Shown here piece by piece: positions 38,136-51,541 of a DNA stretch of 64,000 nucleotides. The first letter of the stretch is position 1; each line of letters begins with the position of its first letter. Location: NCBI GenBank assembly GCA_000182565.2, contig KQ257455.1; one strand, given 5' to 3'. The translations under genes were made by a program, and so were the position numbers. The stretch comes from Spizellomyces punctatus DAOM BR117. Its lineage: Eukaryota. The notes under the pieces are model-generated. The model saw only the letters and a program-made list of their open reading frames with translations. It did not search any database and was not told where the DNA came from.

Positions 38136-41100
38136 TCAGGAGAGTTGAGGTTCGTGGTTCTTCTCCACGACCAGGACCGGTTCTCCACGATCGTTTGGCT
38201 GCACTCTGATCTTCACCGTTTCTCCGTCCCGTATCGAACCCTCTATGATAGTCCAATGGAAATGTGTTCATCAGTGTCAACCATAGAGTAGGAACGTGGG
38301 TACGTACCGATAAGTGCGTCCGCCAATGAATTCAGAAGATGCTTTTGGATGACTCTGTTCAGAGGACGTGCACCTAGACGGATATAGAAGTGAGCAAGCA
38401 GACCTGAAGAGACATGTAATAGATAGGTATCAGAATTGGCTTACCGTATATGGGATCATAGCCGGCATCAGCCAACCATTGCTAAAAGACGTTGAGAAGA
38501 ATTAGCCACACAAACACCTGCAACAAACACAGTAGGGGCCTCACCTTTGCCTCGTCATCCACATCCAGCTTAAGGTGATGATCCTGTACACGTTTCTGCA
38601 CATCGCGTAAACGGACATCAACGATTTGTCGGATCATTTCCCTCGAAAGACGGTTGAAAATGACTTGTTCATCGATTCTGGTTCACGTCCCGGCAGAATG
38701 AGAATGCGTGATGACGAAGAGACCAAAAACAAGTACACCTACCGGTTGACAAACTCTGGTGGGAAATATCCACGCACCTAGGCATTACAAGTTTTTAGCA
38801 AGAAGATTTCATATATATACGAGGAGAACGTGGCGTTACACACAGCATTCAACACCTCCTCTTTCGCGTAAGGTGTGAGTGGTCCTTCAGGTTGCATGGT
38901 TAAAATATCAGCACCTGTTCATTCTAATGGTTAACCGTGGCAAGATGGATTTTGCAGAGAGACAAAGAAAATACCCAAGTTGGAGGTCATGATTATGATA
39001 GTGTTACGGAAGTCCACTTTATGTCCGTGTGAGTCCGTAAGCACTCCGTCATCGAGAACTTTGGAATGCAGCAACACAGTTAGGGGGATCGGCGTGATGC
39101 TTCAAACATATTGGTATCGCACCTTGCAACAAGAGGTTGGTCACATCTCGATGGGCTTTTTCAATTTCGTCCAGCAGGACCACAGAGTATGGCTACAGAG
39201 TGGATTAACTGCTGCAAACATACATAAAATAATATCAAGCGAGGAACCGTGAAAATACCTTCCGTCGAACCGCTTCTGTGAGCTCACCACCTTCCTCAAA
39301 CCCAATATATCTTGATTGCTCAAAGTGAGACATTTGCATCAGTTGCTAAACTCATCCTCAAAGCATACCCTGGTGGTGCCCCAATCAGGCGGGAAACAGA
39401 GAACTACAGCCAACGATGAGTTTCATTTGCGCGGCCAGCAGAACTTTTTTTTGGTACCTTTTCCATGTACTCGCTCATATCGATGCGAACAATGGCGTGC
39501 TCCGTGTCAAATAAAAACTCGGCAAGTGCTTTACATAGCTCGGTCTGGAATACATGTCACGTCAAGCTCACATATTCGGCGCCCTATCCCATAAGCCAAT
39601 CTAACCTTGCCAACACCGGTGGGACCTAAATGAAATTCAAATTAGCATCTGATTAGGGCAAAAATCAACACAAATTCCTACCCAAAAACATGAAGGATGC
39701 GACGGGCCGAGTTTGTGACTGCAGGCCTGCGCGACTCAATCTGCACCGCGCATGTTAAAAAGAGCGCATTGTACACAATTATAAACGATATTTGTGGGGC
39801 CTACCTAACTGCTTCCGTGACAGCATGAATGGCCTCATCTTGTCCAATGACTCGCTTTCGCAGTACATCTGCCATCTGGAGAGATTGAAAACGGTTACAT
39901 CGTGGCTATACTTTGTGGAATGAAGCGGTAGCATACACGCAGAAGCTTCTCCCTCTCGCCACGTAGTAAATTCTGAAGGATCAAAAGTAAGTACGTTGGG
40001 ACCGTCCGTTTTATCTAACGACCCTTCCGTCAGACGCGCACCTGTACGGGAATACCCGTTCGTTTCGATACGACGCGTGCAATGTCATTCGCAGTTACGC
40101 GTTCATGGATGAGTCTTTCAGGTCCTTCCATCTCTTCACTATGAGCAAAAGTTTATGAGCAGGAGCATAATTCTGGCACGATGCTAAGGCTACATACGTG
40201 TCTTCTGGCAGCTCCCTTTCAAGCTTCGGAATGACTTCATACAAAAGCTGACTCGCTCGGCCAAGATCTCCGCGCCGCTGAGCCATTTCAAACTCCATGC
40301 GGGCTTGCTCCAATCGCTGTTTCAGTTGCTTGATATGCTCAATTCGCTGCCTGTGCATAGCGCAAATTATAGCCATTGTCCTGATAGGAGCCCATGGTGC
40401 GCACCAGATTACCTCTCCTGCTGCCAGATCTTCGTCAGCTCTTTTTCCTGATGTCTCTTTTCCTCGAGTTCCTTCTCCAGTTTTTGCCGCCGCTCTCTTG
40501 ACCCCGCATCCGTTTCCTTTACAATGTGATATCAACTTATTGTTATGCACCATCATCGCAAAGTGTCATCTACCTTCCGCAAAGACTCAAGCTCAATCTC
40601 AATTGTCAAAATCTGACGTTCCAACTTTTCGAGTGCTTCGGGTTTACTTTCTTGAGCCAACCGCAACGATGCACATGCTTCATCAACCAGATCGATAGCT
40701 GAATCTGGCAGGAAGCGATCTGTGATGTAGCGATGAGCGTGTTGCGCTGCTGCTACCAGGGCGCTATCCGCAATGCGGACACCGTGATGTACTTCATAAC
40801 GCTCCTTCACTGTAAAATAGACCATGAATAACAAGTATGTCATGGGAGATTCATATGATGCGAATTTGCTTACACCCGCGGAGAATCGAAATTGTGGCCT
40901 CAGGACTTGGCTCTTCCACGAGCACGGACTGAAATCGGCGGGCAAGAGCGGGATCCTGGCAAGAGTGTCAAGTTCAGCCGATGCTTCATGCGTATGTGCC
41001 AAACGATGTACCTTTTCGATGTACTTGCGGTACTCGTCAATGGTGGTTGCACCACAGCAGCGTAAGGTCCCTCTCGCCAAGGCAGGCTTTAACATATTGC

Positions 41101-42238
41101 TTGCATCCATTCCTCCTTCCGATTTGCCCAACCCAAATAATGTATGAAGTTCTGGTAGGGCTCATTAGATATGGGCTCGACCACTTAAAAATATATCATT
41201 GGGTACCATCGATGAATAAGATGAGCTTTCCCTCTTCTTCTTGTACGTCGCGAAGAACTGCCTTCAAGCGGTCTTCGAACTCGCCTCTATTCAATAGTCA
41301 GTTAGTAGACTTGGTCGTAATCATCTATCATAAGCAGTATCCCAAGAAACTTTACCGGAACTTTGTCCCAGCGACCAGAGCTCCTAAATCTAGCGCAATC
41401 ACTCGTTTATTTCTCATACTGTCCGGACTACTCTTTGAATCAGTATAATGCCTTGCTGTGATGCAAAGTGAAATACCGGGGACGCACACTTCTCCCTTTT
41501 CAATTCTTTGGGCCAGACCCTCAATGATGGCAGTCTTCCCAACGCCGGCCTCACCTATGAGGCATGGATTGTTTTTTGTTCGGCGGCAAAGTCTGAATTG
41601 AAGACATATCTCATGAGAGATGCAGTACTAGAGAATACCAGATTTTACCAATACCGACACTTGAATTGTGCGCCTAATTTCCTCATCTGGATAATTTAAG
41701 ACGCGAGGAATATATCAAAGTTCAGTAGTCTGTGTATTATGCTTTTGTGCTAGTTAAATGCATCATCAAACCTCGTCCGATGACAGGATCTAGCTTGCCG
41801 GCGGCAGCAAGTTCTGTCAAGTCGATACCAAATTGTTTGAGTGCTGCCCCTTTTTCAGGCGGAGGTGCATTTGCAGGGTTCATGCGCATTCCCGGAAAAC
41901 CACCGCCGCCTCATTAAGGGAAACATGAACAGACAGAGTATGCGTTAGCAATAGTGCCGCAAAAAAAAAAACGAGTTACAATGTCTTTATTTATCATTTT
42001 CAAAAAGTCTAACTGCTCTACTATTCTGATATGCCTTGATCTAGAACATCTAGTTTCTAACGTTATCAGTCTACCTACCTGGTCCATTGACATAGTGTCG
42101 TGCAATGGACGGCGAGACAATCTTGTGACATGGACCCAAGGCAGATCGCGCCGGAATGACCGGAACACGACAGACCGCCGCCCGGACACCCGACACTACC
42201 CGTGGAGAAACCTTTAGCGAGCGACAAACCTTTAGCAT
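38136..42238 (-). CDS. HSP78: Mitochondrial ClpB-type disaggregase Hsp78
   Basis: Presequence ending ARHYV with no N-domain. [37 protein letters not shown] and GPTGVGK; many short exons. Confidence 0.93.
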
Positions 42239-42350
42239 GTCGTAGCGAATGGGAGATGAAGCAAAAGCAAGAAGACAAAACGTTTTGCTTTGAACGGAAA
42301 CCGCGTGGAAGATGCGAGAAGAGCGACTGGGCAATGAGTCAGCCTTGGTC

Positions 42351-42417
42351 ACGTCATCAATTGCACGTACGTCATCAGTTCCGTTGTCGTCTTGAGCCAT
42401 AGCAAAGCCTGAAGGGG
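42351..42417. promoter_or_regulatory. Two ATF/CREB sites (ACGTCATCA x2) and an STRE-like AGGGG
   Basis: Direct repeat at 42351-59 and 42369-77 (ATGACGT on the minus strand); AGGGG at 42413-17. Confidence 0.45.
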
Positions 42418-42509
42418 CCATCTGGCCGCTGCGTTTGCTTTCGCTGCCTTTAAAAAGAATACGACGTTATAGACGATAGTCTACAGCCTTGCAATTCACA
42501 TACATGTAA

Positions 42510-45500
42510 ATGGCTACTGCTGACTCATTCCCGAGAGATCTCGCCGACCACCCTGCTCCGCCGCCGCCCGTGCCTAGGCGCCGAGCTCTGTCGATTAGCG
42601 GGACTTCTAGAACTCCAGGAAAAGCCGCCCCTCCACAAGGTGTCTATGTCGGAATAGAAATAGAGGCCCGCGGTCCCCGACCTGCCTTTTGTGTTTATGT
42701 ACATGATGGATTCTACGAAGTGGACTTTACAACCCAATTCATGGAGTCTGGGTCCGATGGTGCGTTTTCGGAAGCGCCAGAAAATGAGGTGGCTAAGATA
42801 GACGAAGACGATCAGAATGATCTCGACAAGCAAAACACAAAGGAAAGCGGACAAGCTGGCACTCAACAACGGCGCTCACCTCCGCCTTCCAGTGATTCGG
42901 AGGCTCCGCAAAGCATTGACGGTGACCACCTTCGTAATATGGAAGACGCTATCATCATATGGTTGCGTGAATATGCCAAGTCACACCGCTACAAAATTCA
43001 TGCGGCTGGTATTGGTGTGGCAGCTGGACAGGACGTCTGCGTTGGATATGGTGACATGTACCTCAGAAATCATGATGAAGACTCGGATTCTGGCAGCCTT
43101 AGGTTACCTGCACGTCTGTGGTTTGAGCTGGATATCCTTCCAATTGTTGTGGAAACCAAGGGATTCACTCTGGATGAGCGTGCATGTTCGGCTGCGCGCA
43201 AAGCTGAGCTCGCTCTTAACCCGCACATTGCTGGAAACATACCTCGCATCTGCTGCGGCTACAGACATGAGGTTAGTCGGCCCTTCACTGTTCGTTGATC
43301 CTTGATGGCAACTGAATCCTTGAACCTTTCTGTTATGCTAATAGGTGGAAGTTGACGCCAACGGAAGGTTGGCGTGCATAAAATCAATCTGCGTTGTATA
43401 TATTGAGATTTGTATTTATATCGTATCTCAGAATTCATCTTGCAGATAGCATTGATTATGAGAGGACTGTAACTCCCGAAACATGGGACATCTTCACCAA
43501 GTTGGTCGAGGTAGGCCTTACAAGATATTTTGGACACTATTGTACGCTCAAGCTTATCATTCTATTTTTTAACTGTTAGCTTACGCGAGATCGCTATATC
43601 CAGATATCTTTCTTCAACTCAACTCCCCAAGGCGGAGGAGGTGAGTCTACTACTGCTTATTTGGATTTAATCGACAACTAATGACATATGCATCAATCAT
43701 CTTAGTGGCTCTCATGAGGCATGCACTGCTGCGGCTCTTTCGTTTGATGGGGGTGAATGTCAAGTGGTTTGTTATGAAGCCAAAGCCTGAAATCTTTGAT
43801 ATCACAAAGCGCAAGTTCCACAATGTACTCCAGGGTGTCGCCCCGAAGGATGTTCATTTAACAGACGAGGATAAGAAAATGTTCGAAAGTGTACGTACCA
43901 TGGCTTCGCTATTAGTGACTCAAAGCTCATAAAATTGACTTGCAGTGGGCAAGGGACAACGTACAGCGTTACTGGGCTGACGGTCCGATTGTGCAATCCG
44001 ACGTTATCGTCATTGATGATCCTCAACGTTCGTAATTTATCATTTAAATTGATACGCTGTCTTGATTGACTAATTGCATAAGGCAGCATGCGGAATTATT
44101 CCCTACATTAAGCGGTTGAATCCCAGTTGCAAGATCATCTACCGGAGTCACATTGAAGGTAGAGACGAGCGTTTCCGTTTCTACGAAGCAGGAGCGCCTC
44201 GCTAATGGACTCTGTGATCTAGTAACTGCGGATCTTGCTGATAACCCGAGTACCGAACAGCACCACGTTTGGTCGTATCTTTGGAAATTTATCCGCCATG
44301 CGGACGTTTTTATTTCTCATCCTGTAGGTTTGAGAGATAATGCAGCTTATTGCTTGCATGACTCTGTGGACTAATGCTTCTTACACAGGTGGCAAACTTT
44401 GTTCCGTCGTGCGTGCCAAAAGATCGCCTCGTCATGATGCCAGCGTCAACTGATCCCATAGATGGGCTCAACAAGGAATTGGATTCGGAAGCGATGTATT
44501 ACTATCAAGCCATTTTTAACCGTATTAGCCTTGACACGACTGGGAAAATGGTTGACTTTGCAAATAGACCTTATGTTGCACAAATTTGCCGATTCGATCC
44601 TAGTAAAGGTATGCTTTTTTGCTGATCTTAAAAGACCGCTTGTTTATGATCATTACTGCTTTGAATTAGGCATTCCACACCTACTCAAAGCGTACAAACT
44701 GTTGCGACAGCGGTTGCGTGATAATAATGTTCCTATTGAGGACACGCCGCAGTTAGTCGTTGCCGGACACGGAAGTATCGATGATCCGGATGGAAATGTA
44801 GTGTTTGAGCAAGTTTTGGAGATTCTGGGGCAGGAAGAGTATGCGTGGATTGCGGACGACATTATTGCAGCGCGGTCGGTATTACATGGTCCGTGACGCG
44901 CATATCTGGAGACTTACCTGCCTTTTGTAGTTTGCCGCCCTCTGATCAGTTGTTGAATGCTTTACTCCGTGGCGCCCATGTGGCCCTCCAATTGTCTACT
45001 CGCGAAGGTGAAGTCGCGTATTTTCTTAGTAACGCAAATCATTTCTGACCCAAAGCTGAATGATGTGACAGGTTTTGAGATCAAGGTAACTGAAGCGCTC
45101 GCCAAAGGTGTGCCGGTCATTGCATATAAGGCTGGCGGTATCCCGCATCAAATACAGCACGGTCGTACGGGCTTCCTCGTGGAAGTTGGGGACATTGAAC
45201 AAGTGGTTCAACATCTCTACAATCTTATCACCGATGCCAAGCTCCATACCAGAATGTCAAGGGCTGCGGCAGACTTTGTTTCTGAAGAATACTTTACAGT
45301 ATGTAATCTACGAAAGGAATGCCCCATTTTGAGGTCCTGATTGACTGAGTCACTGTCTAGGTTTTTCAAGCAATAAACTGGCTCTGGCTTCTCAACGCGG
45401 TGCACTCGGGTCGCTTCAGTAACGAAAACCCTGCGCCAGATACAGCAACAATTGAGAAGGAAAAGGATCGAGCCCTGCATGAGGCAGCGACTGGTCGGAA

Positions 45501-45798
45501 CGGGAAGATGATGAAATCTTCTGATGGGGATGTTGACGGACTGCGGTGCACATCCTCACCTCCACCGACGGATGAGCAGGAAGAGGAAGATCGGCGTATC
45601 GAAGAAGCCTTTGAGCAACAGCGCCAGACATTGGCCGGTGGTGGCCGGTGGGTTAAGGTAAATGTCAGGGAACATTATTTATTTTTGAAGCAGGAAAATT
45701 TAATATCTTTTGTGTTAAAGGAACTGTGGCAAAGAGAATATCCCAGAGCAGGCAAGCCAAGGAAGAAGAAGAGCAAAAGGCAGGATACCGAACAGTAA
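42510..45798 (+). CDS. Trehalose phosphorylase / trehalose synthase (GT4, ccg-9-like)
   Basis: RLWFELDILP, FFNSTPQGGGVALMRHAL, FDITKRKFHNVLQG, IDDPQ, RFDPSKG and LQLSTREGFEIKVTEAL. Confidence 0.93.
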
Positions 45799-46057
45799 AC
45801 ATAAAGCCTCCATTTGTACAGTCTCCCATAGATATCACATCATCTTGTAAGAGTCAGCATAGTAAGAGTCAAGTTATAGTCATATCTAGAAACTTGGGCA
45901 ATATATGAGTATCGGCTCAAGGTCCGGAAGTATATATTTCAACAAAAATGCGGGTCGCGAGAACAATTATACAAGATTCGAAAATATGGGTGAAAAGGGG
46001 GCCAATCGATATACACTCTTACGATATAGGCGAATAAGGGGAGATCGCTCTGGGGTA

Positions 46058-46818
46058 TCAATATTCTTCAGCAGCACGGGCGGGAACGCGCATAGCGTTC
46101 ATGTACGTTTTCCAAATCATATAATCCGGTTCACCTGCCATGACAATGATTTTCGGTGCCTGGCGGGGCTTCTTATTCATGGAAGGATTCATTCCAAACC
46201 TGTATGAAACGATGAAATACTGAATCTTGTTCCGCATTTTCCGCGCCGATGAACGGATCAGACTGTTCTCGTACCTCTTGAACATGAGCTTCTTGTTTAC
46301 GGCATCTAGCTCCAATTTTTCGCCATCACCGTGAATACATCGAGGAATAAAGTTGTTGATCTCGCCATTCTCCACAGCGGTTTCTACTTCGATCGTATAG
46401 TCAACTCCATCTAGTCGACAAGAACAAACCAACTGTTGGTTTCCTTTAATCGGCTTTGGCTCCGAAGAATCCCGACTAAGATTGATACACACTGCAGCTG
46501 TATTCAAACTTTTCTCCTTCGTTCAAGGATAGGCAATCCATTTTGGTCATCTTTCCTTTTTTCGGCTTTGTCTCTCCTTGCTTGTATTCGTAAGTCTGAC
46601 GCAAAGGGTATTAGAGTGGCAGTACTAAGAAAAACGAATGGAAAACGCTTGAATCCCACCCTTTTCTCAATAGTAGCATCCTGAATGCCTGGCGCAAACG
46701 CAATTTGAATGACGCGGTGCAAATTCCAGAAACTGAAGGACTTTGGGATAACCACAGTGCGGCTTCCTTGCGGGGCATTAACGCGCAATTGGAGAATAGG
46801 ACCGCGAGGTTTGGCCAT
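46058..46818 (-). CDS. pRiA4b ORF3 / MM3350-like domain protein (2 introns)
   Basis: LQLRV..RTVVIP...SFWNLHRVIQIAF, L.EGEKFEY, YTIEVE, PRCIHGDG and LDAVNKKL resemble the family pattern. Confidence 0.6.
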
Positions 46819-47521
46819 TTTTCCAACGCAAGAATGCTGGGCTTGACGCCTGATACTGACGAATGCAATGAAAAACGCCTTGCTTTCTGGGTGTTCAAAT
46901 GGTTGATGCTGGGGATGATGTCGCTTCAACAAAAGGGGCTCCCAAAATGACGACGAGGCGCGACACGGCCTTGGAAAGATCATTTTATCCTTTTTAGGTT
47001 ATATTGCTTTGTCATCAGTGGACTCGGTTTGTTGCCATGGTTTTCCTGTTCATCCATCGTTAAATTGTTTACAATCCTGTATCTGTCGGTGACGATACCG
47101 CTCAAGACTATCACTTTTTTAACTGCCAAAGCAGGTTCATTTCGGCAGCTCAAACTCTTGGGTTTACAACCGACTGCCAAAAACGCTATTGCATAGCAGA
47201 ATCTGACCTAATGTGGTGCGAGGCATTGTTGCTCACCCACGTACCCTTGTTGGCAACTAGCCTTCTTTACAAATTGTGCACCCCTGTGCGTTCTAGAGGT
47301 TTTCGTAGCATTTGAATAATCATATTCGCAAGTCCCAACCAGTGTATCAAGAACTTTTGGACTTTAGCGTGCATCGTCTTGTCAATGAGTTTGTAGTTGC
47401 GGGCTCGCAATGTATCCTCTTTGGGTTAAATGGTTCTGTTATTGCATCAAGTTTTGTTGGCATAGCAACGGTTAGCACACATGATTGACGATTGCTAAGT
47501 TATTTGGACTGAGAATTGACG

Positions 47522-48979
47522 ATGCGGTATAATGTGCGATGGAGACTTTGCGGTCTCGTCCAGCAAAGACGAGCACGTCCGACGGGTTTTCCTGTCGCTG
47601 CGAGCAAGGTTCGACTCTTTTCAGGTCGACCACATGAACACATTGATACGTCGCACCCATCCTACAACCATAGCAATGCCGAGTGGACAGTCTTAGCCTT
47701 GGACCATCCTCTGACCCACGCACAGACGGGAGTCAAAATTCACCTTGTCGGCATCCACCACAATTCTCCTGCGTCTCTAGAGAGAGTGGAGTATGTTATG
47801 GACCAAGTAACGCCGGCCGCAGTGTGCTTGGAAATCGACGCTGACCGCTTGAAGAGCTATTCGGCAAAGGCCGAAGTCGTTCTAGGAAGATACAAGAGCC
47901 AACATAGCGGAGCATCGATCAGTCCACTATCCCCAGAGGATCTAGCTAACCGTGCTCCATTATCGTCGTCCCGGCTCAGCGGCGTGCGCACGGTCCTGTC
48001 CCCGACGTCTGGCGGCACAGGCAGCTCTCCCGCATTATCACTAACGGAACACGATCACGAAACCCTCACGCGCCTCGGGATTGATCCGGCGCTACACTTA
48101 TCCCCCACCCACCTCCACTACGGCCTTGAAATTGGTGTAGCGGTGCGGTCCGCTCACACTCACAACGCTGTCATCCGCTCGATAGATATTCATCCAGACA
48201 TTCTCCGTTCTGATCCATCACATTCAACCCTCATCAATGACCTCATAAGAAGGTTCCGTCTCCTGCCACCTCCAATACGTGGCACCTCCATGCTGGGCCG
48301 CGGTTTGTTTTGGCTCATAACACGACTATCTTTCGGAGTCAAACGGGACGTGGCAAAAGAAGCTCAGGCTGACGTTTGCAGCGTCAAAGATCATGCTACA
48401 TACCTACGATGCTGGAAAACTTTCCATCCGAATGCTTACTTTTGGTGGCTGGAGGTTCGAAATGCCGGAATGGTGAACGGAATTCGAACATGTGTGCGAG
48501 ATGTCGCTGAAAGTGCTGGTTTGCTTTCTGCCACTGACAAGAGCCATGCAAAGGAGCCACCGGCCATAGTGGTAGTGGTCGGAAAGAGTCACGTATTTGG
48601 AATTGCAGAGATGTGGGCAGATAAAGTTGAGCAAGAAAAGTTTCCATTGATAAAAGATGGCATGGAAAGGAAGCTTGTTGGGGAGGAGGTGATTTTCCTT
48701 GATGAAATGATTGCTGATGCAATGAAAGCCGAAGAAGAGGCTATAATGGCCGCAGAAGCGGTGCGGAATGGAAAGACGGATAGCGGAGCAGGAGCAGTGC
48801 GAATACTCGTACATGAGCGGGAGCAGACAGGCGGTAGTGAAGTGGCCGATACCCAGAAATCCGACGCGGATGAAGCCAGAACGGGCAAGAAACGACGATC
48901 AGGCCATGTTCCCGCTCCAGCTCCACCGCCTGTCCGACCTCCACCACGTCAACCGACAGGGATAAGATACGTGGATTAG
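47522..48979 (+). CDS. TraB/PrgY-domain protein, probably mitochondrial
   Basis: Intronless. Presequence, IHLVGIHH.S..S, PAAVCLE.D..R, RN..M and VVVVGKSHVFGI. Confidence 0.8.
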   Translation: MRYNVRWRLCGLVQQRRARPTGFPVAASKVRLFSGRPHEHIDTSHPSYNHSNAEWTVLALDHPLTHAQTGVKIHLVGIHHNSPASLERVEYVMDQVTPAAVCLEIDADRLKSYSAKAEVVLGRYKSQHSGASISPLSPEDLANRAPLSSSRLSGVRTVLSPTSGGTGSSPALSLTEHDHETLTRLGIDPALHLSPTHLHYGLEIGVAVRSAHTHNAVIRSIDIHPDILRSDPSHSTLINDLIRRFRLLPPPIRGTSMLGRGLFWLITRLSFGVKRDVAKEAQADVCSVKDHATYLRCWKTFHPNAYFWWLEVRNAGMVNGIRTCVRDVAESAGLLSATDKSHAKEPPAIVVVVGKSHVFGIAEMWADKVEQEKFPLIKDGMERKLVGEEVIFLDEMIADAMKAEEEAIMAAEAVRNGKTDSGAGAVRILVHEREQTGGSEVADTQKSDADEARTGKKRRSGHVPAPAPPPVRPPPRQPTGIRYVD

Positions 48980-49225
48980 CATCCTACCGTTATTCTTGTA
49001 TAATAGGTGTCAATGTAAACTAGAGCCGCGCGGATGCACGGTGCACGAAATAGACATTTTTAGACCAGATGAGCGAGCCCGGCTTTGGTTGATCGGGTTG
49101 ATTACTAAGCATTCCCAGCCACTTCCATATATTTATCACCCGATATTACAGAGAAATACGAGCCATTGGGCTGAGATGACTGTTGGTAAATTCCATCCTC
49201 CTTTAAGATCAACTGCGTTTGCGCT

Positions 49226-51377
49226 ATGAATGTAGACAGCATTTTCAAGGCATGTGTCACACATGTGAAAGGAGTGGATTTGTCTCTCTGAGATCTGGCG
49301 TTAACGATCTTGATTTGAAGCACAGGTCCCAGCCGCGCCGGTTGGCAAGAACAAGCGTAAATTGCCTCCTACACCCGATGACGCATATCTAAAGAAAGTA
49401 CGAACAGACGAGGACGATGACGACTTTCGTGCGGGATGGGGACCTGGTACTGTTGGAAGTAGTAGTGGGAATGGGGGAGGAGGCGAGTTGGATGGGCCTG
49501 TGAGAGATGACGACGAGGACGAAAGGTTTCATGAAAGTGGACTTAGTGATGATCAGAAGAAAATTTGGGAGATTGTAGACGCCGGGGAGGAGGTGAGTAT
49601 CATAATCAGTCGTCGGGCTAGACCTCGTAGGGTGCAATCCGGGAACTGAGATCTCCCTCCCTCAGGCACCAGCAACGATCGATTTGCCAACACTCAAGAA
49701 AATGGTTCTGAAATTTGAAAAAGTTATCAACAGGAACCAAGAGCTACGTGTAAAGTATAGCGATAATCCACTCAAGTGCGTCGCTGAAGCTTGTCTCGTA
49801 CGTATGGGTTCCAATGGCCTCACATAATGCCTTTAGATTCATCGAATCAGAAGCAGACTTGGATGAAGAGATCAAAAATATGCTTACTGCAAGTGACGCC
49901 CCCGAACTTTATCCCAACCTCGTTGAACTAGGGACCCACGTCAGTATCCTTTCCTTACTCTCCCACGAAAACACAGATATATCTATTGCTGCCGTGGAAC
50001 TTTTGAACGAGCTCACAGATGAAGAGTTGGTCACAGAAGCCTCAGAGGCCGCAGAAGAGGGAATGAAGGCACTGGTAAAAGCCCTAGTAGAAAGTGACGC
50101 GCTCGATCTCCTTGTGCAAAATATTTCCCGCCTTAATGAAGACCAAGGAGAGGATAAACAAGGCGTTTTTAACACCATGAGCGTAATAGAGAACTTGATA
50201 TCCATCGATCCTTCAATAGCGGAAGTTGTTGTTGAAAAAACGTCCTTCCTATCTTGGCTATTGCAACGAGTCCGGGTCAAGACATTCGACTCTAACCGAC
50301 AATATGCATCTGAGATGCTGGCAATTCTACTCCAAAACAGCCGACCGAACCGGATAAAGTTGGGCGAGCTCGGCGGTGTGGATACCCTTTTGCGGGTCAT
50401 AGCAGCATATAAGCGCAAAGATCCTAAAGATCCTGATGAAGTGGAGTTGATGGAGAATATCTTTGACGTGTTGTGTGCCGCGCTGATTGAACCGGAAATC
50501 AAAGAAAAGTTCCTTGAGGGTGAGGGACTTGAATTGATGATTCTTATGCTGAAAGAGAAGAAAATGTCGCGGATGCGAGCGTTAAAAGTTTTGGACCATG
50601 CCATGTTGGGAGCGGACGGCGCGTCGTGTTGCAATCATTTCGTAGACATACTGGGTCTCAAAACACTGTTCCCAGCCTTCATGCGGAAGGGAATGAAGAA
50701 GTACAAGAAAGAGTACAAGTCATTTTCGGAGGCTGAGGAGAATGAACATCTGGTCTCTATCATCTCTTCGTTATTCAAAAATGTGACGGAACCAGCGTCT
50801 CGTGCGCGGCTCATGCTTAAATTTGAGGAGGCGGACTACGAGAAGGTTGACCGATTAGTAGAGATGCATAAAACCTATGCAGGACGAGTCGCAGACGCAG
50901 ATAAGGAGATTGAAGACAGGAAGAAAGAACTCGAAGAAGAAGATTTGAGTGATGATGAGAGAGAAGCTGAAGAAGAAGAACTCTTTCTGAAACGGCTGAC
51001 TGCGGGATTGTTTACATTACAGCTGGTGGATTTCATTATGGCTTCTGTATGCGTAGAAGACAAGGAAGGCCGGGTTCGTACATCGCCCTTGGCGTAGTGC
51101 TCGTTCAGGAACTGCAGTCTTACAATTTCCCCTACCCTTAAAGATACGAGACAGAATAACCTTACTGCTAGAGAAAGACGGCCAGACTCTTGAAAGCATC
51201 AAAACAATTCTCAAAGGTGCGCCTTTTGCATGCTGTACCATCCAGAAATGAAAAATTTCCGACTTACGGCTATCTTTGTAACCTGTAGAATATGCCGAGA
51301 ATGTGGGTGATGGAAAGGGAGACAACAGAGAGAATGCAGAGCGAGACAGGATATTAGGCCTGGTAGAAGCCTTATAG
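49226..51377 (+). CDS. CTNNBL1: Beta-catenin-like protein 1 (Prp19 complex)
   Basis: MNVDSIFK|VP..NKRK, NQELRVKY, FIESEADLD, LLSHENTDI, NRQYASE.LAILLQ and AGLFTLQLVD. Confidence 0.95.
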
Positions 51378-51541
51378 GGCTTCAGCAATTAATATGAAAA
51401 GGACTAGCAGCAACGCTTCTTGTCGTGCTTCCCGAAATGATGGTCTCAATCGCTGTGCTGCTGCTGCATGGGAAAAATGCATTCCAAAACGCCCTGGATC
51501 GTGCACAGGAAAATCATCGTTGGTATCTCTAAAGCTAGCAA

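Noticed and set aside
49909-50634. Long antisense ORFs (also 864-1481 and 58476-59048)
   Set aside because: Shadows of well-supported genes on the opposite strand.
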